A stretch of 64,000 nucleotides of DNA from Octopus bimaculoides. Its lineage: Eukaryota. The position numbers were made by a program, and so were the translations under genes. Below the pieces are notes generated by a model. It was not told the DNA's origin. It was given only the letters and a program-made list of their open reading frames with translations, and did not search any database. How positions within the stretch are numbered: the first letter of the stretch is position 1; every line of letters starts with the position of its first letter. Below, in pieces: positions 38,930-53,434 of this stretch. The stretch is from assembly GCF_001194135.2 (NCBI RefSeq), contig NC_068988.1, forward strand, positions 64,371,999-64,435,998, written 5' to 3'.

Positions 38930-39112
38930 AGCGAGTGGCTTGGTGGTTAAAATGTAGCACCCACGATCTTAAGACTATGGTTTCAATCCCAGGGCTGGCC
39001 GATCCGTTGTATTCTTGAGCTAATTATTCCACATTCCACTCAGCTGAATATGAAATCCACTAATTGCTGAGGAGTTGGTCCTGCGATGGACTGGCGTCCC
39101 GTTCTGGGTGGG
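38930..39112 (+). mobile_element. Family C-type SINE
   Basis: A-box GTGGCTTGGTGG, B-box GGTTTCAATCCC, TGTATTCTTGAGC and CCACTCAGCTG. Confidence 0.75.
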
Positions 39113-39350
39113 AATAATAGATCAAGGAACAATTTAGTTTTGGATATTTTAGTTAAGCTCTTTTACGCTACGTGTTCAAATCCTATCAAGGGTTGACCTT
39201 ACTTTTCATCTTTCAGTTTCGATAAAAATTAGTACCACTCAGCTACAGTGATCCTCACTTCCCTTTTCAAGATAATCCCTGTGGCCCTGGGCCTGTGTAG
39301 AATGTCATTATTGGAAAATGTTGTATATGCAATATTTATGATGTCTCGAA

Positions 39351-39860
39351 AGCGGCGAGCAGGCAGAATCGTTAGCACGCCGGAGAAATTACTTTTCGTC
39401 CGTCTTTACGCTCTGAATTCAAATTCCGCCGAGGTCGACTTTGCTTTTCATCTTTTTGGGGTCGATAAAATAAGCACCAGCCGGGCACTGGAGTCAATGT
39501 AATCGACTTAATTTTACCCCTCCCCCAAAATTTCTGACCTTATGTCAAAAATTGAAACCAGTATTAATTCAAATAAGGTCAATGGGTTGAGGCACTTCTT
39601 TCTGAGTTCAAATCCCGCTATGGGTAACTTCGTCTTTCATCCCCACCAATTTCCCCCGAAATTGCTGGCCTAGTGCCAAAATTTGAAACCAATATTTATC
39701 AAGTCTCTCCTTTAATTAATGAAGGTGCATGTTACACTCACGTCTCAAGATCGTAGTTTTGATTCCCGGACCGGACCGGTTTTTGCGTCATTGAGCAAAA
39801 CACTTTAATTCTCACTACTCCAGTCTACTTAGCTGCAAATGAGATCCAGCAGTAGCTGTC
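39351..39860 (+). mobile_element. SINE cluster: family B, partial family B, family C
   Basis: GCGGCGAGCAGGCAGAATCGTTAGCACGCCGG at 39352, a second B-box at about 39604, and a family C head at about 39722. Confidence 0.82.
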
Positions 39861-41106
39861 AAGTTGCCGTCCCATTCAGTGAGTAGTGTTATGATCTCCC
39901 TTACTAATTCGCCAAAGGAACCGGTGTTTCGACATATTCCCGGACTTTCAAGTCTAGCCAAACAGCTGGCATCCATATATACTTTCACCTAACAAAATCT
40001 TTGCTGATCGGTGCTCATATCTGCCAGCCGATATAAAATCGTTGTTTGCGCCGTATACAGAAAAGATCTGGGATGATATATGTGCATATTTATTCTTAAT
40101 GCGTCTAAGCAGGTTCGGACGCAAAACGTCCTAGTGGCTCTACTGTACGGTAAAAGAGTAAAACTTCTTTCTTTTCTGACGATAGTGTATTCAATCTGGA
40201 AAGTGTCCAGAAATTATTCTAACGTCCAACCAAAGCAACGGCATTCAAAACAACTGTTCTCTTATTTCAACCTGGCAAAAGTTTAAGATATATTGACCCG
40301 CAACATAACTAATGTTGCCTTACCATTTTCAACCGCCAGCACAAGTCATAGAGAAGTCGCCAGGTGGCAATGCGATCTGTTAGAAATATCAACCAAATAC
40401 TTTCCAAATTACACTCTACTGTCCAAGAAACAGTTATAGTTGAGAAAATGAAAAGATAATCACCACGAAACTACATGACAGAAACAACCTACGCTATACA
40501 CAAGAGTCGGCTCATTGGCGCAGAGGTTTCTGGGACAACAGTGTTTCGACATGTGTCTAACCAAGCAGCTGAACTTATTCTGCTGTGACGTACATTAAAC
40601 AGCCACTAGCATATTCTGCGTCTGAACCTGCCTAAACTTATTGAGTATAGATTTACAAAGATTTGCTCGTTTTGTTTTACGTTTCAAAATAGGCGAAAGT
40701 ATTGCTGTAGTTTCTTAACCATACGACCCAAACCGGCGCCAAAAGCTTTACCTTTATTAGAAAAAAATATCTCATGCTGTGGTCAGAAATTATTTTCTAA
40801 ACCAAAAATAAGATCTTGGCGCAACCGTGCAGTTAAATTACGTTCTTACGTTCCCCATACATTCACTTGTATAATAATTCAAGGATTCGCGTTCAAACCA
40901 CATCGGAGTTAACTTGCCGTTCTATTTCTTTTGGTGCAAATAAAATAACAGCGCCTCTTTCCATAACATGCTTGCAGTCACACAAGTTTTGATAACAGTT
41001 GTAATATTGTCTATAAGAAAGGAATGAAATTATACTGTCTCCTTCATCTTATGCGAATTGGTAACCTCGTGCTAGTCTTAGAAACACCGAAGATCACGAA
41101 AATACG

Positions 41107-41166
<60 letters not shown>

Positions 41167-41593
41167 CATCATCATCATTTGGTTGTCTGGGGAATCGTTG
41201 CGTTTCTTTAAAAATGTATTAATGTCATGTTTTTTTCTCTGTAACTTTAATATTTGGCCAAATGCTTCACATGTCATTTTTCTTTGTACATATTTTCATT
41301 CACATATACACACGCAAAAGCACACGCGCGCACACACACACACGCTCATACACACAGACTTATATGTATGTGTGTGTATGTCTTGTGCGTGTGTCTATGT
41401 GCATACACTATCAAAAGAATACTCCCAAGACATAAATCAAAACAGCTCGATCCAAATATCGATATATGCAATAGACAGAGTTCTATAGATCTGTCTTTAA
41501 TACCCAAAGACATGCAAGAGACATATACATGGAGAAAAAACCGAGACTCGAAAATTGTGTCTATTTCAAAGTGCGTGTGCGTATGAATGTATC

Positions 41594-41670
<77 letters not shown>

Positions 41671-42619
41671 GGGTCGAGTGTAAGGGGGTGTACGTCTTTA
41701 TGTGAGAGAAATAGAGGCTTTTAATCCTAAGACCAAAAAGACCAGTCATTCAATAGAGAACTCGATATATTTCATACCGTAGAGTAAAAAAAAAATTATT
41801 TTTCTAAAAGCCATAGGTAGGTGCCAAAGTTTCTCTAAGATGCTGGTCTGAGACGCCTGAAGGAAGAGATTAACATTCACACATTGGTGCCCGTCCATAG
41901 CTTTATGACATATATATATATATATAGTAACGGTTGTTCACATGTGCATTTCAGTTTCTCCAAATTTCCTTCTCTGCGTGCCTATTCTATCTTTCCGAAG
42001 AAGGCTGAGTCTCCGAAACATTAAAAACACTTGTTTTTCTCCTTTATTTCTGAAATTCGAACCAATGTTGTATACATTTTTTTACCTGGTCGTTGTATTT
42101 TTCGTCGCCTTTTCTGTGATATGTGTGTGTGATATATATGTATATGTGTATATATACATATGTGTGTGTACGTATCTTTACATATATAATTATATACATG
42201 TGTGTGTATGTATATATATACATATACATGTAATTTTCGTTGCGTCTTAACTTTTTCAATAGTCGTTGACTCTCTTGGCAACAGATGAACTGGGTTGGTA
42301 AATCTCCCCTCATTATGTTTTTCAGTGGTTTAAGTGTTCTTACCGGTCTAAGATATGTCGGAGTCTGTTTTTAGCTAAGGAAATCTTTGCCTGTCTCACT
42401 GTCAATCTCTGGTGGGATACATACCCTTTTGTTGATGGGTAAGTCTGTAGGGTAGATCCTTGCCATGTCATATGATTTGTTGTTGAGGTTATAGAAGACA
42501 AGTTGTAGGGTGCTACTGGTGTTACTATCGTTGTAGTTGTTGTTGTTATAGTTGCTGGCATTGTCGTTGCTAGTGATGGTGATGGTGGTAGTGCTTGTGC
42601 TGTGTTCGTTGTGGTTGTT

Positions 42620-42658
<39 letters not shown>

Positions 42659-43136
42659 CCTTCAAAGAAGCTTTGTAAATAATCTTTCTGACTCATACAA
42701 GAAAATGTCTCTTTCTTTCATATACCAAATACATCATTCAACGTCACTTATATGCTTTGTTTTCTTTGAGATACCCAATAATATACCCAGATGTAAATAC
42801 CGTAGCTTGCCAACCACAAATGAACACGTATGGGTCGTAGTTACACAATTTGGCTTGGCTACGTTGACATGATTGGGTATTACAAGCTGAAATCTATTTG
42901 GAGACGACGCTGACTAAGATTCTTTCAGATCGATATATACTCAGAGAAGGAGGCGGATAATTTTACTTTTGTCTTCGTTTATGGTCGTTTTATGATTTTG
43001 GACGAGATTAGAGGAGAGAGAAATGTTGATTTAATTAAAACAATATAGGCTGGTTGTTGACAGTACAGAAGAAAAAATAATGGTCGACGTCATCCATTTT
43101 GATGGATAGAGTGTACATATATACGTATACGTATAC

Positions 43137-43174
<38 letters not shown>

Positions 43175-43521
43175 TGTGTATTATATTAGCTAACAATATT
43201 ATGGTGTGAAATGTAATGAACCGAAACAAAGCACTCAATAGTGTTAGGTACAGTGATATAATATTTATTTAGAGCTAATGGATTTCGGAACTTTACAGTC
43301 ATGCATTGTATGTGTATGTGTGTGCACACATATATATAGGTGTATATGTATATATATACACAAACACACACAGAGACTAGGAGTTGCACGAAACAATATA
43401 TATTTTGTCGGAATCATCCCATTGCATCATACACACACCCACACCCACCCACAATTATGTATGTGAGAATTAACTTTTTCGGAAAGAGTTGAATTTTATT
43501 TTCTTCTTTTTCTCTCTGACT

Positions 43522-43576
<55 letters not shown>

Positions 43577-44264
43577 GCTCTCTCTCCCCTCTCTCTCTCT
43601 CTCTTTCGCTCTATCTTCCCCCCTCTCTCTCTCTCTCTGGTGGTGGTGGTGGTTTATTCGTACCTTTCAGATCAGTGAAATATATATAGTCATTGATATA
43701 AGAACGATTGAATCACTTCCTTAGACTATATTTGAAAAATATCGATGTTCCTGCAGATATTGGACTGCGTATATTCAAGTTGGGAATCAGCCGCATCAAT
43801 GTCACTCGTCTGGGAGAGCCTGAAAACTAACGTGTACTCTTCTAACTCGTTTAGACCCATCAAATTCCATAAATCTGACCTTATAAAACACTTTCGTTAA
43901 AATTGGAATTAATTTGTCTTTACGCATTTTCAGCAAGAAGCTACTCCTTCAAGAATTGTTGTCCTCGAATGACGCATTTAAATTATTGGACAAGAACATA
44001 TAATTCCTCTCGTTTCAAATACATAAATCCAGTATTTTTTGTTTTGCTTTTTTTTTTTTTTACCGAACATATTTTACCAATATGTTGGATTGGATTGGTT
44101 TATATTGTCTATATTCAGTCCACTGCAAGGCAAAGGTTTAAGCATATTCTCTCCCGCCCAATTACGGTCTGGTGAGGAAGCCGTGATCTTGAACTCGAGA
44201 TCTTACTGGTTTGACGAGCCTACACTGCCACGCTGGCTTCACTTAGCTTTTTATACTCCTACCC

Positions 44265-44390
44265 AAGAATAGGTAAATCGATTACATCGACACCCAGTGC
44301 TCAAACCGAAATTATGAAGGGCTCTGTCAATCTCGGTGGAATTTGAACTCTTAACGTAAAAGTGGACGAAACGCCACAAAGCATTTCGCA
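44265..44390 (-). mobile_element. Degenerate family B SINE
   Basis: AAATCGATTACATCGAC..GGAATTTGAACTC..AACGTAAAAG. Confidence 0.7.
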
Positions 44391-44589
44391 GTCAATATGT
44401 TACCAATACTTAAATATTTTATTAAAAACGTTTTATTGCTTTCACCTAAACATAAAGCATACACATTATTAATTCATACATAAATAATTTTAACCCCATT
44501 TTTAGATCACAAATTCAATTACGTACATATGTAATTTAGAATTATATATTATTCACATTTTTAAAGTGTTATTAATATAATTTTCTTTT

Positions 44590-45640
44590 ATAGATTTGGT
44601 CTGGGCTGTTGCAAATCAGAATCAGACAATAGTCAGACAAACGTTTCCATTGAACATTTGGATGGAACTGTTCTTCTTGCTCTTTGATTAAATTTCGCAT
44701 AACCATTTTAAAGAGTTTTCAAGCTTTTAATTCCAATACTTTCAAGAGTCGTTCAAATTTAATATCATTCAAAAACTCAAAGATCGGAAACCCTGCAAAA
44801 TTTCTCACCTTTAACTTTTGGGAATATTTTAGAAGGATTCTGAAATCTTGCGTCGACTTAATCATTGCTTTGAGAAAAAATATTTATTAAATCATATCTA
44901 ATAAGGAGAGATGGTGGAAATGTCTTCTTGGGGCCCCAAACAGAAGGAACAGATTGGGTACTGCTCATTCCCAAGACATATGTTAACTTTAATAGCTATG
45001 ATGGTTTAATATAGTGGAATGTAGTTGTACGTATGTTCTATAGATATAAGAAACAGTAGTATTTTATAAATCTTGTTTGTCTGAGTATTATCATTCAAAT
45101 AACTTTGAGATCTCCACAGAGATTCCATTTATAAACATAGCTTTGAATGGTACCAAGCAGCATGTCCATGTTGACATATGTTTCTATTGTGTGGACATCT
45201 TGGACAATAAGGAATGCACAGCTTTATATTCCTGTTCTGTAGAATTACTTTATAGTGAATCAACGCAAAGGCGCCAGTCAGATACTCTAGAAGTCTAAGA
45301 CAAGTTTGTGAAGAATTCATTGATGTCATTGCTATAGCAGAATGGATCATCTAATGTTGCCAATTAAAATTTCACTTTAGAAAGTAAATCACTTTTGTAC
45401 TTTGATCAAGTAAATTAGCTTTGTTCAGTCAAGAGACGAGAAGGTCGACCTTTTCTGTAGACGGCAATTAGTCTTTACTAAGATTATTTAAACATTCCTG
45501 TTTAACACAAATTTTCTTTGGATACTTATTCATTATCTTTAGAAAATCCAGCACCTACACCAATTTTCCCTTCATCACTGTCCATTCCGTTATTTGTAGA
45601 AGCTAGTACTTCATTTAACCCGAACTTTCCTGTGAATTAG
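44590..45640 (-). pseudogene. DNA transposase pseudogene, Chapaev-3/CMC-like
   Basis: Frameshifted translation FCYSNDINEFF..SDWRLCVDS, ETYVNMDMLLGTIQSYVYKWNLCGDLKVI, YYCFLYL, PPSLLIRYDLINIF, KIFPKVK matches, in order, the motifs WRLFIDSS, ETYENM, WxICGDLKV, CFLCxWD and LPPLHIKLGLMKxFVKA. The family name is from recall. Confidence 0.8.
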
Positions 45641-45654
45641 ATGTGATACACGGT

Positions 45655-46086
45655 ATATTTTCTTGGCGTCCATGCATCATATATAAAATATACATTCCTA
45701 TTTTTTACCAACCACCAGAGTAACTTGAGACTTACGAAAGGAAAGATTTATATAACTCAGAACGTATAAAACAAGGGCAATCTAAAAGTCTGAAAGCAAA
45801 CTTATGAAAATGCTTGGGACAGACAACGGGTTAAATGGAGAGTGATTTCTATGTTCAAACGCACAATTATGTAGAAGAGTAAATTACATCGCAGACGATA
45901 CGCAGGACATATTTCCCTGGCGTCCATGCATCATATTTAATACATGTTCCCATTTTTTCAGCTACCAGAGTAACTTGGGATTTATAAAAGGAAAGCTTTA
46001 TATTACTCAGAACGTAATAAAACAAGGCTCAACTAAAAGTCTGAAAGCAAACTCATAAAAATGCTTTTGATTAGGCAAAGGGTAAC
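45655..46086. repeat. Diverged direct duplication of about 180 bp (period about 250 bp), possibly MITE-derived
   Basis: TGGCGTCCATGCATCATAT..ACCAGAGTAACTTG..ACTCAGAACGTA..AAAAGTCTGAAAGCAAACT at 45655-45833 and 45908-46086; ends GGGTTAA and GGGTAA. Confidence 0.85.
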
Positions 46087-46344
46087 GAAAAACGAAATAG
46101 GTATTGTTTCATTACGTTGGACAGAATATTGATTTCGTTTATGTAGTTACTCTTCATAAAAAAAAACCCAGTTATGTTAACGCTACAGAAATAGCAGTTA
46201 ATATGATGATCTTTTCTGTTCTCTCCATATCGTGACTGTGGCAAAAGAAATTGATATTTCTTTGTTGAATCAATAATGTAGCTCGTTTAAACAAACGCAG
46301 TGGTGTCCACTTCCCATCTTGGTCACCTAGATATGACAGTCAAA

Positions 46345-46630
46345 GTATGCTTGTTACTTGCTTGCTTGCCTCATGCTCTTGTTTGATAGGGTTGGGGTCA
46401 CCCCAGGTTAGTAGTCCCAGAGACATCGTCATGAGTAGAGAGGACCAGGTTCACCAGTGCTCTCAATCATTGGCGGTCTCCGTGCCAGTCCCTCTGCATC
46501 CTCCAAGGTGAATTCGAGCCTCTGGCGATCTTCCTTAATCATATCCAGCCATCTGGTGCTGGGCCTGCGATGAGGCCACTTCCAGTCTGCGGGTGCTGTG
46601 TCGAATGAGAGTAAAGCCCGGATATGATTT
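46345..46630 (-). mobile_element. RTE-clade LINE extreme 3' end with (CAAG)n tail
   Basis: HIRALLSFDTAPADWKWPHRRPSTRWLDMIKEDRQRLEFTLEDAEGLA resembles the WKRPRGRPRTRWLD..DL..A end motif; tail CAAGCAAGCAAGTAACAAG. Confidence 0.8.
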
Positions 46631-46694
46631 CAAAAGAACCATTTAGGTTGTTCGTTGGTAGTTTTAATTGCAAAAGTATCGCAAACAAGAAGTA

Positions 46695-47070
46695 GGTGCA
46701 GGCATGGTTCTGTGTTTAAGAAGTTCGCTTCGCAACTACACAGCCCGTGGTTCTGAGTTCGATACAACAAGGAGGCATCATAGGCAGATGTCTTCTGCTA
46801 TAATCCATGGCTAACCAATTCCTCGTGAGTGGATTTGGTGGACGGAACCTGTGTGGAAGACTATCATGTGTACATAGTGTGTGTATGCGTGTTTGAGCGT
46901 GTCTGTGCGCGTGACTTAGCGGTTCGACAATAGTGACTGATTGAATAAGTACCAGACTTGAAATAAAAATCATCAACTAGGGTCGATTTGTTCGACAAAA
47001 CTCTTTCAGAAGGAACCCCCAGTATAGCCGCAGTCCAATGACCGAAACAAGTCAAAAACAAAACAAAAAA
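46695..47070 (+). mobile_element. Full-length family A SINE
   Basis: Head, GTGAGTGGATTTGGTGGACGGAAC, internal (GT)n, and 3' tail ending GAAACAAGTCAAAA. Confidence 0.85.
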
Positions 47071-47812
47071 AAATTATAATAATAAACAAAAGAATAGATT
47101 AACAGAACAAGTTAGAGTAACTTATACATACACAAGGCATTCTTAATCAATAACAAACAATCTACACAAATATTCTAGTCTCAACTCAATACCTACACGT
47201 GCCATTGCAAAAACCAGACCGTTATTGAAATTAAAATAAGAAACGTTTTTTCTCGTCTACCCAAAGCCATTCGTGATGGAAAAATCTTCGTCGAACGGCG
47301 TTATCAAAAAGTGATCAGCGCAATCATAAAGTATTGGAAATGTATTTTCTCAAATCAAAATTACAGTTCTATTTACGAGCTCAATAATGCTATTAGATTT
47401 CTTAAGTACAGCTACAATACTTGAAAGCTATGATCCTTATCAAGAGAAACCTCAAGGCATCTTTAATTCTTCAATAAATTCAAATATATGGTTCTTTATT
47501 TTGAAAGATTAATTTAGATAATGTTTTTACCGAAGTATAATCACTTTTGTTTGTATGTTTGTATGTTTTTGCATGTTTGCTTTAATTCTCGTATTTTTGC
47601 CGACCAAGTATTCTACTTATTTAAAGACTTTTGCAATATTTTAGTTCTCTCATTGTCAAAATCCAACATCGGAAAAATCTTAGAATTATCTCTAAATAGC
47701 TTTTAACCCCTTAGCAATATTACCGCTACGTGTATACACACTCGCATATATACACACATGCATATATACATACATATATATATTTATATTTGTGTGTGTT
47801 TGTGTGTGAAAG

Positions 47813-48045
47813 AGCATGGCCAAGTGGTTAGGATGTTGTGGTGCGCTGTGTTCTTGAGCAAGATACTTCATTTCACGTCGGTCTAGTCCACTCAGCTGTA
47901 ACTGCGACTGCTTGGCATTCTGTACAGGGGAATTGTTGGCATGCCCGCCTAGCCAGCGGAGTGACGTCATTCAAAAGGTACAACAATGCGATGAAGCACA
48001 TTGTAACCAGCGGTGTGTAACAACATTCGGTGGTCTGGTTGATAC
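47813..48045 (+). mobile_element. Family C-type SINE variant
   Basis: GCATGGCCAAGTGGTTAGG, TGTGTTCTTGAGCAAGATACTT and CTAGTCCACTCAGCTG. Confidence 0.8.
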
Positions 48046-48142
48046 AGTGATATACATACATACTTACATATATACATACATACATACATACATACATACA
48101 TAATATATGAGAGAGTGAGAAAGAGACAGACAGACAAACAGC

Positions 48143-48201
<59 letters not shown>

Positions 48202-49118
48202 TTCGGTAAAGTGATCATAGTAATCTATAATTAGAAAAAGAGGTTAATGATGCGAACAGAGTAAGAATACTTAAAGATTGTTGTGCTCTTACAACATGGA
48301 GATAAGTTCGACATTTCTTTCTTCAGAGAAGACTTCTCTGAGGAGACGGAAGTCGTAACATCTGTCCATGGTGAAAAAGACGATNNNNNNNNNNNNNNNN
48401 NNNNNNNNNNNNNNNNNNNNNNNNNNNNNNNNNNNNNNNNNNNNNNNNNNNNNNNNNNNNNNNNNNNNNNNNNNNNNNNNNNNNNNNNNNNNNNNNNNNN
48501 NNNNNNNNNNNNNNNNNNNNNNNNNNNNNNNNNNNNNNNNNNNNNNNNNNNNNNNNNNNNNNNNNNNNNNNNNNNNNNNNNNNNNNNNNNNNNNNNNNNN
48601 NNNNNNNNNNNNNNNNNNNNNNNNNNNNNNNNNNNNNNNNNNNNNNNNNNNNNNNNNNNNNNNNNNNNNNNNNNNNNNNNNNNNNNNNNNNNNNNNNNNN
48701 NNNNNNNNNNNNNNNNNNNNNNNNNNNNNNNNNNNNNNNNNNNNNNNNNNNNNNNNNNNNNNNNNNNNNNNNNNNNNNNNNNNNNNNNNNNNNNNNNNNN
48801 NNNNNNNNNNNNNNNNNNNNNNNNNNNNNNNNNNNNNNNNNNNNNNNNNNNNNNNNNNNNNNNNNNNNNNNNNNNNNNNNNNNNNNNNNNNNNNNNNNNN
48901 NNNNNNNNNNNNNNNNNNNNNNNNNNNNNNNNNNNNNNNNNNNNNNNNNNNNNNNNNNNNNNNNNNNNNNNNNNNNNNNNNNNNNNNNNNNNNNNNNNNN
49001 NNNNNNNNNNNNNNNNNNNNNNNNNNNNNNNNNNNNNNNNNNNNNNNNNNNNNNNNNNNNNNNNNNNNNNNNNNNNNNNNNNNNNNNNNNNNNNNNNNNN
49101 NNNNNNNNNNNNNNNNNN

Positions 49119-49177
<59 letters not shown>

Positions 49178-50841
49178 GGAAGAGAATGAGGCTGAATGAA
49201 GAAATGTGGGTACACTGCAGAGAGAAAAATACACTAATTTCGACGACATACTGTATCACAAGACCAAAATGAGAGCATAGACAACATAGCACGTGACAAA
49301 CAACGAAGAGAGAGAAAAAAAAAATTAACTCTGTTATTTAATTTGTCTGTTACTGATGTTTTCAAGGAACACCACACTTATAATTTGATTTTGATGTTAG
49401 TTATTTTACATTGAATATATTTTAATAAATTATTAGGAAATAAAAATAAAATAAAGCTGGTTTATTGTTGACTGAGACGTATAGTGGTTCTGTAAATTTA
49501 GTTTTCTAAATATATAAAACCATCAGGATAAGGAAGTGACAACAAACACAGACAGACGGCTGCAATATATAGAGGTATCTATACTGATAAACGAAAGTTA
49601 TAATGATGGAAGATAAACCATTTTAACGTCGATCTTTTTCCCCCCTCGTACAATAACGATAGTGATAAAAAAATTTTCTGTTGAGTAAATTAATCTTCTA
49701 TGTAATCCATTGGGGATTTAATCTTTGATGGAAGTTGATCGATATCTAGACAAGATCCAGATCGAAATTATTTATTTTTGTCGAGATAAGTATTGAAAAA
49801 TAGCGTCTTAAGTATCAAATTTATAAGTATCTGTTAAGACTGCAATAATAAAAATAATGATTTTCTTTGTTATCGTACGTCCATCACTAGGCGATATTTT
49901 GTAACAACAATTGAGCTCGCTATGTATGTATATATATATATATGTATGTATGTATATGCGCGCGTGTGTGTGTACAAAATCGCCGCACGAATACTGCAGT
50001 ATATTTGCTTTACGCGATGTATTTGCATTAAATATGATAGATAGGTGGTTATTTTTATCCGATACTGCTTTGGTTGCATATTATGGATTTTTATTCAGCC
50101 GGGCCACGATTCGCAATACCAGTGACTGTTCAATCAGATTTCTAATATCAGTAGTAGAAGACTTTATCTTAGTATTGGCCGTGAGTAAATGCTACCGACA
50201 ACGGTCATAAATGCGGAAATGTTGCATCTAGTATTCTCCACAACAGCTATTAAGACGATTTTCGTCTGCGTCTGATATATTGTGATTTTTTAACACGGTA
50301 CGTCCATAAGAGATATAATCACCAGACGAACACCCCAATAAATTTGATTTTCGCAATGTAATTACATTAAGAATAATACAAAGATGGACGTGTGTGTGTG
50401 TGTGTGTGAGTAACTTACATTCTAATGACTTAATGGGATGAAAAGCTAGGATGATCTCTGAACCTAGTGGATATATGTTCGGCTTTAGACAGTCGGCAAC
50501 GAGGGGAACTTGACATATATTGTAAACTGCGACGGCAAGGAAAATCACGATCGATTTATTAGGATTTTGCGTCTGTACTTTACCCAGAATGTGCCATTCT
50601 TTGTCTGGCACATGGTGTACTTGCACCAGTTCAAATTAGATAATTAGAACAATTGAGCAGGACGGACTCTGCAGAAACTTACTTCGGTAAACGCAAATAC
50701 TTTGTGCAGGTAATGCAATAAAAGAAACTTCCTAATACAATTCCACTGAGGTGTACAGAAGCTGTGTCTGTGATCAGGTCGTAGATGTACGACGAACATT
50801 CTGAATCCTCAAGAAATAAATTAAGAGTGAATTTAACAGGG

Positions 50842-50916
<75 letters not shown>

Positions 50917-51360
50917 TGTGTCTGTGTCTGTGTGTCTGTGTGTGTGTGTGTGTGCGTGTGTGTGTGTACTTACATAACTAAAACTGTTTCCTGCGATGTA
51001 ATTACCGCCTTCTTCTTTAGCTATTTCTGTATTTATTTATCACTGAACGCTTTTATGTCACTCTCTGCGGGAAAGCTCAACATATATAAGGGCGTGTGTG
51101 AATATGTGTGTGTCTACGCATGCGCATATATATATAAGCACAAACACATATACATCGAAACACTGTAAAGCAAAAATACATCAAACTCACTGCACTTTCT
51201 TCACCTGCAAAGGTGTATCATTCACAAATAGCCATGACTCCACCAACATTTTTGTGATGTTCATAATATACCTTCACGTGAATCCAATTAACATTAATTA
51301 ATTCCCAAACCAGGTGTTTTAACACCGTGAATTAATGTCTAATATTACGTATGCAATGAG

Positions 51361-51720
51361 GTGCAGGCGTGGTTATTTGGTAAGAAATTTGCTTTCGAAC
51401 CATAGTAATCTGAGTTCAGTCCCGCCGCGGGACATTTTCGGCAAGTGTCCTCTACTATAGCCCAGGATGGACGAAAGGTTTGCAGGTGGATTTGATAGAC
51501 GGAAACTGAAAGAAGCTGTCGTATATAATGTTTGTGTGTGTGTGTATTTGAGCCCCATCACCGATGTTGGCTTGTTTTCTTCCCTCGTCAAAATAAATCG
51601 ATAGAATACGTACCAGGCTTTTAGAATAAGTACTGGAGTCGATTTTGTCAGACTAAACCCTTCATGGTGGTGCTCCAGTATGACCACCGTCCAGTGACTG
51701 AGACAAGTAAAAGATAAGAT
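51361..51720 (+). mobile_element. Full-length family A SINE
   Basis: Head, GGCAAGTGTCCTCTACTATAGCCC, internal repeat and tail GAGACAAGTAAAAGATAAGA. Confidence 0.88.
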
Positions 51721-51887
51721 ATTTATGCATAGATACACTAGTAGGTAGATGAGCTGGTGTGTGTATGTGTACGTGCGTGTGTGTGTGTTCCAAAAATATT
51801 ACTGGAAACAACGGAAAAGTCACACATAGGACGTTGCTAATCCCTCGTCACTTATCGTCAAAAGATCATAACAGTTTCACGCCTTGG

Positions 51888-52165
51888 ACGCATGGCTAAG
51901 TGGTTGGCGTATTGTAATTACAATCGCGAGGTCGTAGGTTCGATTTCTGCGTTGGGTGGTGCGTTGTGATTTTGAGCAAAACATTTCATTTTACATTGCT
52001 TTGCGATCACTCCGACATCTGACAGGCGGCACACTTGTGCACCTGTACAGGTAATATCGATTTGATGGAGGAAGTGAGCTGATGTACAGCGGAGAGCATT
52101 TGATCACTAGAAACAAATTATCCATGCAGGTTATGCAACAAAAAATTGCAGAACCATCTCTCTAG
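51888..52165 (+). mobile_element. tRNA-derived CORE-like SINE variant
   Basis: A-box TGGCTAAGTGG, B-box GGTTCGATTTC and TTGAGCAAAACATTT. Confidence 0.75.
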
Positions 52166-52785
52166 GACTCGAGAGACTAACACATATATGTACATGCGTG
52201 TGTATATATGTCTGTGTGTGTGTGTGTGTGCGCGCGCCCACGCGTGCATGTAAATAAACATACATTCATACATGTGTTATACATATATATACGTATGTAC
52301 GTAGATTCGTATGTAGTGAAAGAGAAGAGCAAAAATGTAGCACCAATGTATGTAACAACAGAACATATACGTGTGTATATGTATATATACGCGTGTGTAT
52401 ATGTATATATACACGTGTGCATACATTCACGTCTGTATGTATGTATGTATGTATGTATGTATGTATGTATATGTGTGATAGGTAGTTGTTTAAAGCCCTA
52501 CTAATTCTTTGGTTTAGCAGTAAGTTAGCATTGACCAAAGAATGAACAGCCTGGCAGTCTCAAGCCAAGCGTTTAGAATTGGCAAAGGAATTAATATAGT
52601 TTTAAGTAAGTATGTTAAGTGGAGCGTGAAACGAGAACTCTTTGGTTCTTTTTAGTAATGAATAATTGAATCAACTCGAAGCGGATGTTATTTACAAAAC
52701 AACAACAACAACAACAGCGATTACTACAACCGCAAAGATTATAATTAATTCGCGCGTATATGTTTATGTGTGTGTATGGATACGC

Positions 52786-52831
<46 letters not shown>

Positions 52832-53050
52832 AATTATGTATGTGTGTACGTATCTAATAATGTATATATGCAGCAATGTAATTATGTGTATAGATAGAGA
52901 GATATACAGGTAAACGGGCATACAGACTGATAGATAGATAGATAGATTGATAGATAAATAGTCCGCGCAAGACAATGAAGATTAATTTTGCAAGTTGTAT
53001 TCCAGAATGGCCTTGATCGCGATAATTATGAGAAACTAAAGAACGATAAC

Positions 53051-53113
<63 letters not shown>

Positions 53114-53388
53114 ATATATATGTATATATATGTATGTATGTATGTATGTATATGATACAAGCTTTCAAATACATATATATCTATACATACGTCTATGTGT
53201 GTATGTATGTATGTATGTATGTATGTATTATATATTTCAGTAACTCAGTAAATAATTGAAAGACGGTCAATAAAAGAGATTTTAGGTATTTTTTTTACTT
53301 TAAATAAAAAAGGTTTAAAAACAGAAATTCATACATTGATTTGAGTTTAACGAGAAAAAAACAACACATATATGGAATGGAAGAAAAA

Positions 53389-53434
<46 letters not shown>

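Noticed and set aside
42375-42438. Plus-strand exon-like segment (KEIFACLTVNLWWDTYPFVDG) with AG/GTAAGT
   Set aside because: Short, no recognisable family and no partner exons; chance sites are plausible.
47255-47420. Possible mariner C-terminal relic (RDGKIFVERRYQKVI)
   Set aside because: Similarity is too short and weak, with no DD34D motif or TIRs.
48240-48384. Protein-like open frames before a gap
   Set aside because: Truncated by Ns, open on both strands, with no motif or splice support.
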